From Candidatus Stammera capleta (lineage in GTDB: Bacteria > Pseudomonadota > Gammaproteobacteria > Enterobacterales > Enterobacteriaceae), in contig CP144856.1 of NCBI GenBank assembly GCA_036689555.1, forward strand, positions 234,804-298,803: a stretch of DNA of 64,000 nt, in the 5' to 3' direction. Below the pieces are notes generated by a model. The model was not told the DNA's origin and searched no databases. It saw only the letters and a program-made list of their open reading frames with translations. Made by a program: the position numbers and the translations under genes. Below, one piece after another: positions 54,044 to 64,000 of this stretch (the stretch's first letter is position 1; the number at the start of each line of letters is the position of its first letter).

Positions 54044-55522
54044 ATGAAATATAAAATACTAAAAAATAATAAAAATTATTACAAAAAAAACGATTGTGCC
54101 ATAATAAATATATATAAAAACAGTAAAATTAAACAAAATATTTTAAAATATAATTTAATATTAAAAGAAATAAAAAAATATAATTTTAAAGGAAAAATTA
54201 ATACATATTTAGTCATAAAAGATATAAATTCTATTAAAAAAGAAGATTGTATTTTAATAGGATGTGGAGAAAAAAAAAAACTAAATAAAAATATATTTAA
54301 AAAAATTATTAATAATTCTTTTAAAATTATAAAAAAACATAACTATAAAAATATAATTTATTTATTAAACAAAATAAAAATAAAAAAAAAAATATTTTGA
54401 AAAATATTTAATATAATTAAAATATTTAAAAAAAAAACTTATTTATTTAATAAATTTAAAAATAAAAAAATTAATAAATATAAAAATATAAAAATAAATT
54501 TTTTAGTAAATAAAAAAAGAGAATATATATTAACAAAACAAGCTATCTATAAATCTTTAATAATATTTAAAGGAATTAAAATATCTAAAAATATATGTAA
54601 TACTCCACCAAATATATGTAATTCTATATATATATATAAAAAAATAAAAAAAAAATTTAATAATTCAAATGTTAGAATTTCATGTTTAAATAAAAAAAAA
54701 ATGTCATCTATTGGTATGAATGCATACTTATCAGTAAATAAAGGTTCTTATAATGAACCATTAATGATTAAAATTCAATATAATAATAATTATAATATGA
54801 AACCTATAATTTTAATAGGTAAAGGTATAACATTTGATTCTGGAGGAATATCATTAAAACCATCAAAAAATATGTATAAAATGAAATATGATATGTCAGG
54901 TGCAGCATCTATATATGGAATTATGTATATAATATCAAAATTAAATATTAAAATTAATTTAATAGGTATACTAGCATGCGCAGAAAACATAATTGATAGT
55001 TACTCAACTAAACCTGGAGATGTTATAAAAACATTATCCAAAAAAACTATCGAAATAATTAATACTGATGCTGAAGGAAGATTAATATTATGTGACGTAT
55101 TAACTTATGTAAAAAAATTTAACCCAAAATTTGTTATTGATATTGCAACACTTACTGGATCATGTGCTATAGCATTAGGTAATAAAATTAATGGTTTATT
55201 ATCAAATAATAAAAAATTATCTTCATGTTTAATAAAATCAAGTTTAGATATAGATGAATATATACATGAACTACCATTATTTAATAAATACAAAAAATAT
55301 TTAAAATCTAATATAGCAGACATTAAAAATTGCTCAAATACACCATATGGTGGAACAATTATAGCAGCATGTTTTTTATCTTATTTTGCTAAAAAATATA
55401 AATGAGCACATATTGATATTGCGGGAACAGCATATAATAATAAAGGATCTACAGGACAACCAATAAATATAATTGTTCAATTTTTAATTAATTATATTAA
55501 AAAAAAAAATGAAAAAAAATAA
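54044..55522 (+). CDS. pepA: leucyl aminopeptidase PepA
   Basis: ORFs 54044-54400 and 54701-55405 are in one frame. [16 protein letters not shown]17 signature [19 protein letters not shown]. Continues past TGA to TAA 55520-55522, overlapping the valS ATG by 14 nt. 492 aa. Confidence 0.93.
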
Positions 55523-58103
55523 TTTAAATAAAAAAAAATATAATTTAATTTATTCATATTGGAAAAAAAATAAATTATTTACACCAAATATAAATAAAAA
55601 TAATAAAAAAAATTTTTCTATAATTATGCCTCCACCTAATATAACTGGATATTTACATATAGGACATGCTTTTCAACAAACTATTATGGATGTAATAATA
55701 AGATATAAAAAAATGTCTAATTATAATACATTATGAATAATGGGTACAGATCATGCTGGAATATCTACACAAATAATAGTAGAAAACTATATAAAAAAAA
55801 AATATAAAATATTTAAAAAAATACCTAAAAAAAAAATTATTAGTGAAATATGAAAATGAAAAAAAAAACATGAAAAAAAAATTTACCAACAAACCAAAAT
55901 TTTAGGTAGTTCTGTAGATTGATCAAGAACATGTTTTTCATTAGATAAAAATTTTACTAAATCTGTACAAAAAATTTTTATATATTTATATAAAAAAAAA
56001 CTAATATATAAAAATAAAAAAGCTATATATTGAGACAAAAAAATTCAATGTGTTCTATCAGATTTAGAAATAAATAAAGAAAAAAAAATACTAAAAAATT
56101 ATTTTATAAAATTAAATTTTTTAAATAATAAAAATTATTTAATAATAGAAACTACCAAACCAGAATTAATATTAGGTATAACAGCATTAGCTGTAAATAA
56201 AAAAAAAAAAACATTAGTAGGAAAAAAATTAATTAATCCAATAACTAAAAATATCATTAAAATAATTTACAGTAAAAAAATTATACACTCAAAAAAAAAA
56301 CAATATATTAAAATTATTCCTGGACATAAAATAAATCATTTAATTTATTGCAAAAAATTTAATTTAAATATAATTAATATTTTAAATTTTAATGGATCAT
56401 TTAAAAAAAAAATTAAAATATTAAATTATAAATGAGAAGAAAAAAAAAAAATTAATATTACTAAAATACTAAATATAAAAAAATTAAATTATAAATATAT
56501 AAAAAAAAAAATCATTAATTTTTTAAAAAAGAAAAAACATATTTTAAAAATTAAAAATAAAAAATCTAAAATATATTTAAGTAACAAAACTAATACTAAA
56601 CCTATTATAATAATTACTAATCAATGATATTTAAAAACTAATCCTTTAGCTAAAAAAGCTATTAATTTAGTAAAAAGAAAAAAAATAATTTTTATTCCTA
56701 CAAAATATAAAAAACTTTTTTTTAAATGAATGGAAAATATACAAGATTGATGTATATCAAGACAAATATATTGAGGACATAAAATACCTATTTGGTATGA
56801 TAAAAATAATAATATATACGTAGGAAAAAATAAAAAAGAAATTTTATCTAAATATAAAATAAAAACTAAATTAAAACAAGATAAAAGCGTTTTAGATACA
56901 TGATTTTCTTCATCAATATGATCATTTACATCATTAGGATGACCTAAAAACAATACACTTCTAAAAAAATTTTATCCTATTAATTTAATTGTAAGTGGTT
57001 TTGATATAATTTTTTTTTGAATATCTAGAATGATTATGATAACTTCATATATATCAAAAAAATATACTTATCTAAAAATCCCATTTAAAAAAATATTTCT
57101 CACAGGATTAATTAGGGATGAAAATGGTAATAAAATGTCTAAATCAATAGGAAATGTAATTGATCCTGTAGATATTATAGAAGGTATAAAATTAAATAAA
57201 TTAATTAAAAAAAGAATTAAAAATGTAATAAAACAACAAATGGTATATAAAATTATTAAAGACACTAAAAAACAATTTCCAAATGGAATAAAACCTTATG
57301 GAGTAGATGTTTTAAGACATACTTTATGTTCTATATCCAATACTAAATTAAAAATTAATTTTGATATAAAAAAATTAACTCATAGTTATAATTATTGTAA
57401 TAAAATATGAAATATATATATATTTATATTTAAATATTTAAATTTAAAAATAAATAAAAAAAAAATTAATAAAAAAAAATTAAATTTAATTGAACATTGA
57501 ACATTAAATAATATTAATTTATTAATTAATAAATTTAAACAAAATATAAAAAAATTTAGATTTGACTTAATTAATCAAATAATGTTTTTTTTTATTAAAA
57601 ATATTTTTTCTGATTGATATATAGAAATAATTAAAATTAAAATTAAAGACAATAATTTTAGTACAAATAACAAATTAGTATTAATTTATATTTTTTTAAC
57701 TATATTAAAATTATCTCATCCTATAACTCCGTTTATCACAGAATATATATGAATTAAAATTAACTATGTAAATAATTCTATATTAAAAACAAAATTTCCT
57801 AAATATAAAAATTTTTTAAATAATAATAAAATAAGTAAAATATTTAATATAATACAAAAAATTATAATTTATATAAGAAAAATTAATAAAAAATTTAAAT
57901 TAAAAATATCTTTTTTAATAATTTTAGATCTGAATTTAGATAAAAAAAATTTTTTTATAAAAAATATATATATATTTAAATTTATTAAAATACAGAAAAT
58001 TATTTTTTCCAGAACAAAAATTTTTAATAAATCAAATTTTAAAAAAAATAAAAAAAAAATTATAAAAAAAAAAATTAGTGGTATTACTATATTAAGTTAC
58101 TAA
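55509..58103 (+). CDS. valS: valyl-tRNA synthetase
   Basis: [13 protein letters not shown] (HIGH), W(TGA)CISRQIYW(TGA)GHKIPIW(TGG)[17 protein letters not shown]...FSDW(TGA)[20 protein letters not shown](TGA). All checked motifs are in the frame of ATG 55509. TAA 58101-58103. 864 aa versus about 951 in E. coli (short C-terminus). Confidence 0.93.
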
Positions 58104-58163
58104 ATTATTTAACTATTAAATTACTAAATTATTTTAACTAAAAAATTATTTTAAAAAAATAAA

Positions 58164-58235
58164 AGCGAGTAACGGGATTTGAACCCGTATCTTTAGCTTG
58201 GAAGGCTAAAATAATAACCATTATAAAATACTCGC
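58164..58235 (-). tRNA. tRNA-Gly (TCC)
   Basis: Reverse complement GCGAGTATTTTATAATGGTTATTATTTTAGCCTTCCAAGCTAAAGATACGGGTTCAAATCCCGTTACTCGCT. Layout of E. coli glyT. Confidence 0.9.
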
Positions 58236-58254
58236 TTATAGTTTTACCTAAAAT

Positions 58255-58336
58255 TGGTGGGAGAAGGATTCGAACCTTCGAAGTCAATGACAACAAATTT
58301 ACAGTCTGTCCCTTTTAACCACTCAGGAATCCCACC
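58255..58336 (-). tRNA. tRNA-Tyr (GTA)
   Basis: Reverse complement GGTGGGATTCCTGAGTGGTTAAAAGGGACAGACTGTAAATTTGTTGTCATTGACTTCGAAGGTTCGAATCCTTCTCCCACCA. Long variable arm. Close to E. coli tyrU. Confidence 0.92.
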
Positions 58337-58346
58337 TTTTAATTTA

Positions 58347-58419
<73 letters not shown>

Positions 58420-58424
58420 TTTTA

Positions 58425-58497
58425 TGGAGTCAAGCGGATTCGAACCGCTTACCTTCTGCTTGCAAAACAGATGCTCTACCAATTGAGCTATAACCCC
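58425..58497 (-). tRNA. tRNA-Ala (TGC)
   Basis: Reverse complement GGGGTTATAGCTCAATTGGTAGAGCATCTGTTTTGCAAGCAGAAGGTAAGCGGTTCGAATCCGCTTGACTCCA. G3:U70 Ala identity pair present. Confidence 0.9.
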
Positions 58498-58553
58498 ATA
58501 TAATATTTAATTATATAATAATAAATATAAATATAAAAGTATTAGTTACTCTA

Positions 58554-58967
58554 CTATCTTTTAATTTTTTTATAAAAATATAAAAAATTATTATAATTAT
58601 TTAATTTAAAATTTAATTTTAAAAATTTATCTAAATTATTTTTATAAATATTTTTCTTTTTAAATAAAGATAAAATTTGATTTTTTTTAAAAGTATATTT
58701 TTTTTTATTTAAAGAATTAAATTTTATTAATTTATTTATTAATAAAATTAATTTATTAGATCTAAATTCTAAAAAACCTTTATTAATATAAAAATAAATA
58801 CACTTATTTTTATATATTTTAATAATTGTCTTTTCTATAAATAATAATAAAGGTGTATGTTTAGAATAAATTTCTAATTTATTATAATAACTAAACAATT
58901 TTACATAACGTATAATATCATTAAAGTACGTTTTATATTGAGACATCATTAAAAAATTAAAATTCAT
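58554..58967 (-). CDS. atpC: ATP synthase F1 epsilon subunit
   Basis: 137 aa directly downstream of atpD. LEIYSKHTPLL parallels E. coli LGIYPGHAPLL. Otherwise divergent. Confidence 0.75.
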   Translation of the reverse strand: MNFNFLMMSQYKTYFNDIIRYVKLFSYYNKLEIYSKHTPLLLFIEKTIIKIYKNKCIYFYINKGFLEFRSNKLILLINKLIKFNSLNKKKYTFKKNQILSLFKKKNIYKNNLDKFLKLNFKLNNYNNFLYFYKKIKR

Positions 58968-58977
58968 ATTTTAAAAA

Positions 58978-60369
<1,392 letters not shown>

Positions 60370-60395
60370 TTATATTTTAAATTAAAAAATTTCAT

Positions 60396-61247
60396 TTAAA
60401 AAATTTCAAAATTAGAAACTAGTTCTACAATTTCTTTTGTAATATTAAATTGACGTATTTTATTATATATTAAATCTAATTTTTTAAACAAATTTTCAGA
60501 ATTTAAAGAAGCACTTTTCATAACTAATATTCTAGAAAAATATTCAGATACTATATTATTTAATAAACAATTATTTATTTTAGAATTAATATACGTAAAT
60601 AATAGATTTTTAAAGAAAATTTCTTGATTACTTTCATATAAATAATTTACTTTATTTACTTTTTTTTTATATGTATTTATAGGTAATAATGTATTAATTT
60701 TAATTAAATATTTATTTTCTTTAAACATATTATTAACTATAAAAATTTCTGAATCAGGATTTTTTTTATAAAAATCTATAATTTTATTTGAAATATTATT
60801 TTTTCAATAATTTTTAATATTATATAAAAAAATATTTTTCTCAAATAAACTGTAATTAATATTACTTTTTTTTAAAATATTTAATAAAAAAAAACTTTTT
60901 TTACCTAATAAAAGAAAAAAAACTTTTTTTTTTCATTTTTTTTTTTGAATATGTAAAATTATTTTTTTATATAAATTTGTATTTATATTACTACATAAAC
61001 CTTGATTGGTAGATATAACAATATATAAAATTTTTTTAATATTTTTTGATTTATTTAGAAAAATATTATTATTAAAATCAATATTATTAATTAATTTTAA
61101 AATATTATAAATATATTTATTACTTAATAAAATTTTTTTACTAAAATATTTATATTTAGATATAGATATCATTTCCATTGATTTAGTTACTTTATAAATA
61201 TATTTAATACTATTTCTTTTATTTCTTAAATTTTTTTTATTTATCAA
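60396..61247 (-). CDS. atpG: ATP synthase F1 gamma subunit
   Basis: ORFs 60933-61247 and 60396-60728 are in one frame across TGA codons. N-terminus ...IKYIYKVTKSMEMISISKY and C-terminus ...ITKEIVELVS are gamma-like. 283 aa. ATG overlaps the atpA end by 11 nt. Confidence 0.85.
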
Positions 61248-62808
61248 GTTTATCCTCTATATTTAAATTAATTTTTTTTTTAAATGAAGAAATTATTTTT
61301 TTAAATTTATATATTAATTTTTTATTTAAAGATTTATATAAATTAACTTTATTTTTAAAATTATAATGATACTTTTTAACATATAAATATAATTCACGTT
61401 CAAATATTAATATTTTATTAACATTAATATCTTCTAAATAATTAAATTTTAAAGAAAAAAATATTAAAATTTGTTTAAATAAAGATAAAGGTTTATATTG
61501 TTTTTGTTTAAGTATCTCTACAATTTTTTTACCTTCTATTAATTGTTTATTAGTATAATCATCAATATCAAATGAAAATTGTGAGAAACCAAGTAATTCA
61601 TAATATTGTGATAAAGAAGTTCTTAATGAACTACATAAATATTTCATTATATTAGTTTGTGCAGCAGAACCTACTCTAGATACAGAAATACCTGGATTTA
61701 TAGCAGGTTTTATACCTGAATTAAATAAATTAGTTTCAAGAAATATTTGTCCATCAGTTATAGAAATAATATTAGTAGGTATAAATGAAGATATATCACC
61801 TTCATATGTTTCAACTATAGGTAAAGCTGTTAAAGATCCGGATGTACTTTTAATAAAGTAATTACTATTATATTTTCTAATAAATTTATAATTTACATAT
61901 GCAGATCTTTCTAATAATCTAGAATGTAAATAAAAAACATCACCTGGATAAGCTTCTCTACCTGGAGAACGATGTAATAATAAAGATATTTGTCTATAAG
62001 ATATAGCATGTTTAGTTAAATCATCATATATAATTAAAACATCTTCTCCATAATTTCTAAAAAATTCTGCTATAGAACAACCCGAATAAGGAGAAATATA
62101 TTGCATTATAGCTTCTTCAGAAGATGAAGCTACTACTATTATAGTATAGTCCATAGCATTATAATATTTTAATTTTTTAACTATATTAAATATAGAAGAT
62201 AATTTTTTTCCTATAGAAACATATACACATTTAACATTTAAATTACGTTGATTAATTATAATATCTATTACTAAACTAGTTTTACCTGTTTTTCTATCAC
62301 CAATTATTAATTCTCTTTGACCTAAACCTATAGGTATCATACTATCTATAGCTTTATAACCAGTACATAAAGGCCTATTTATTGATCTTCTATAAATAAT
62401 AGAAGGAGATTTATATTCTATAGGATATAATTCTTGATATTCTATACTACCTTTATCATCTATAGGTTGACCTAAAGAATTTACTATTCTACCTAATAAT
62501 TTTTTACCTACTGGAACACTTAATTTTTTACCTGTACTTCTTACTTTCATACCTACATTTAGTTTTAAACACGAAGTTAAAGATATAGCATTAACTATAT
62601 ATTTATCTAAATCAAATATCAATGCATAACCAATATTATCAGGAAACTCTATTAATTCATTAATTAATACTTTAGATAAACCAATTATTTTAATTATTCC
62701 ATCAATTATAGAAATTATTACTCCTTCATAATACCTATCTACTGATTTATTTAATTTATTTATTCTTTCTTTAATTAATTCACTAATTCCAGAAATTTTT
62801 TGTAACAT
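61237..62808 (-). CDS. atpA: ATP synthase F1 alpha subunit
   Basis: Single ORF of 523 aa. Walker A GDRKTGKT, ...REAYPGDVFYLHSRLLER.... Confidence 0.96.
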   Translation of the reverse strand: MLQKISGISELIKERINKLNKSVDRYYEGVIISIIDGIIKIIGLSKVLINELIEFPDNIGYALIFDLDKYIVNAISLTSCLKLNVGMKVRSTGKKLSVPVGKKLLGRIVNSLGQPIDDKGSIEYQELYPIEYKSPSIIYRRSINRPLCTGYKAIDSMIPIGLGQRELIIGDRKTGKTSLVIDIIINQRNLNVKCVYVSIGKKLSSIFNIVKKLKYYNAMDYTIIVVASSSEEAIMQYISPYSGCSIAEFFRNYGEDVLIIYDDLTKHAISYRQISLLLHRSPGREAYPGDVFYLHSRLLERSAYVNYKFIRKYNSNYFIKSTSGSLTALPIVETYEGDISSFIPTNIISITDGQIFLETNLFNSGIKPAINPGISVSRVGSAAQTNIMKYLCSSLRTSLSQYYELLGFSQFSFDIDDYTNKQLIEGKKIVEILKQKQYKPLSLFKQILIFFSLKFNYLEDINVNKILIFERELYLYVKKYHYNFKNKVNLYKSLNKKLIYKFKKIISSFKKKINLNIEDKLDK

Positions 62809-62812
62809 TTTT

Positions 62813-63370
62813 TTACTCTTTAAAATTATTAAATCTATGAAAAAAAATATTTTTTTTAATTATATTTAATATACTTCCATCAAAAATTAAATCATTTATA
62901 TAGATTTTAAAACCAGCAATAATTTTTTCTTTTTTTTTAAATCAAAAAAATATTCTTTTATTTATAAAATAACTTTTAATAATTTTTTTAATTTTTTGAA
63001 TATTTGAAATATTTAAATTATTATTTTTTGTGAAAATAACTACATTTAAAATTTTTTTATTTATTTTATATATTTTTTTTAAATATATATATATATAATT
63101 AATATTAAAATACATATTATCTTCAAAAATAATTTTAATAAATATTTTCATATTTTTATCTAAAAAAATTTTTTTACTAATAATAAAATAAATTTCTTTT
63201 AAACATTTTTTCTTATTTATTTTATAGTAAAAATAAAAAAAATTTTCTTTAAATACTAAAACTAATAATTTAATAAAATTATTTCATTTATAAAATTTAA
63301 TATTATTTTCATTTATATTATTTAATATAGCTAAAGAATAAAAATAAGATATATTATGTACATTTAACAT
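62813..63370 (-). CDS. atpH: ATP synthase F1 delta subunit
   Basis: ATG 63370, through TGA codons, in frame with ORF 62942-63151, to TAA 62813-62815. C-terminal IIAGFKIYINDLIFDGSILNIIKK parallels E. coli [25 protein letters not shown]. 185 aa. Confidence 0.75.
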
Positions 63371-63377
63371 ATTTAAT

Positions 63378-63866
63378 TTATTTAGATCTTTTAATTTTAA
63401 ATTTATTTAATACTTTATTAATATATTTATTGTCAATTTTTTTATCAAATGTATTTGAAGTAATACTAATTAAAATTAAATTTATAGTATTGGAAATATC
63501 TTTTAAAAATTTTTCATGCATAATTTTTCTTTGAATAATATTTTTTTCTTTAGCCTTATATAATATATCATTATATTGTTTTTTAGCTTTGATTTTATAT
63601 TTTTTAGTTAATAAAATACTATTATTTTTAGCTTCTGAAATAATTTTAGAAGATAATTTTTTACTATTTAAAATTTTTTTTTTAATTTTATTTTTTAAAA
63701 ATAAAATTTTTTTTTTAATTTTTTCAATTTTTTTATTTTCTGAATATATTTTTTTTTGTCTTTTTTCAATAACCTTATTAACGTAAGGTCAAATATATTT
63801 AATACAAAAAATTATATAAAATGAAAATATTATCATTTGTACTAATATGGTAATATTTATTTCCAT
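63378..63866 (-). CDS. atpF: ATP synthase F0 b subunit
   Basis: ATG 63866. MEINITILVQMIIFSFYIIFCIKYIW(TGA)PYVNKVIEKRQKKI parallels E. coli [40 protein letters not shown]. TAA 63378-63380. 162 aa. The plus-strand track ORF 63589-63786 is its antisense shadow. Confidence 0.88.
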
Positions 63867-63899
63867 TGTTAAATTTACTATTTAATTAATTTTATAATT

Positions 63900-64000
63900 T
63901 TATTTAATTACAGCGAACATAATATATAAACTTAACCCTATAATAACCATAGGTATAGCATCTATTAATCCTATAATAATAAAAAATTGATTACGTAATA
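63900..64000 (-). CDS. atpE: ATP synthase F0 c subunit, 3' part (5' end outside the window)
   Basis: ...[32 protein letters not shown] then TAA 63900-63902. Matches the E. coli c-subunit C-terminal helix ([30 protein letters not shown]). Confidence 0.9.
   Translation of the reverse strand, partial: LRNQFFIIIGLIDAIPMVIIGLSLYIMFAVIK

Noticed and set aside
54790-57265. Minus-strand ORFs 54790-54990, 55105-55323, 56621-56953 and 57068-57265 could be novel small genes inside pepA and valS.
   Set aside because: They lie antisense to strongly conserved pepA/valS coding sequence. They encode Ile/Phe/Leu-rich low-complexity peptides with no motifs. They are typical shadow ORFs of biased coding sequence.
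58097-58139. An imperfect 18-19 nt direct repeat (TTACTAAATTATTT(T)AACT, twice, 24 nt apart) spanning the valS stop codon.
   Set aside because: It is short and low-complexity with only two copies, and no associated ORF or structure. It is compatible with chance or replication slippage in AT-rich sequence. It is not a CRISPR or mobile-element feature.
63589-63786. Plus-strand ORF of 65 aa.
   Set aside because: It is antisense to atpF, whose product aligns with the E. coli b subunit from the first residue.

Overview
This window is extremely AT-rich (by eye well under 20% GC) and almost entirely coding. It looks like a piece of a highly reduced obligate-endosymbiont genome derived from the Gammaproteobacteria/Enterobacterales. 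The tRNA sequences and many local gene blocks match E. coli. I cannot name the organism.

The key to reading it is that TGA encodes Trp (translation table 4). Nearly every fragmented ORF in the six-frame track rejoins in a single frame across TGA codons that sit at conserved Trp positions. Every gene I could trace ends in TAA or TAG.

With that correction the window holds about 61 intact-looking housekeeping CDS:
- gltX, lepA-lepB-rnc-era, ung, trpS
- rpoC-rpoB-rplL-rplJ-rplA-rplK-nusG-secE
- murB, ybeY-ybeZ-miaB, prmB, ycfH-holB-tmk, a peroxiredoxin, yajC, rpmG-rpmB
- dnaE, skp, bamA, uppS, frr
- rpoD-dnaG-rpsU, tsaD, cca, rpoZ, metG, rho, trxA, corA, hspQ, acpS, nfo, rplY, dut, tilS, proS, hinT, ompR, efp, pepA, valS
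- atpCDGAHF plus the end of atpE

It also holds 12 tRNA genes, none encoding CCA, and one long palindromic terminator-like hairpin.

I found no CRISPR array, mobile element, long repeat, toxin or defence genes, or any unexplained multi-gene cassette. I therefore do not claim a novel system.

The observations worth following up are:
1. The recoding itself, together with a tRNA-Trp that keeps a CCA anticodon but has a U11:A24 D-stem pair, the same change as the classical Hirsh UGA suppressor.
2. Three genes (murB, metG, ybeY) whose conserved reading frame is broken at short homopolymers near a gene terminus, while much longer A14-A16 tracts inside essential genes are in frame.
3. An ompR with a fully intact phospho-acceptor pocket and no adjacent envZ.
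4. Retained bamA/skp with the neighbouring lipid A genes deleted.
5. A thioredoxin with a CNPC active site.

Coordinates come from manual translation. Gene ends I traced codon by codon are reliable. Start codons are less certain.
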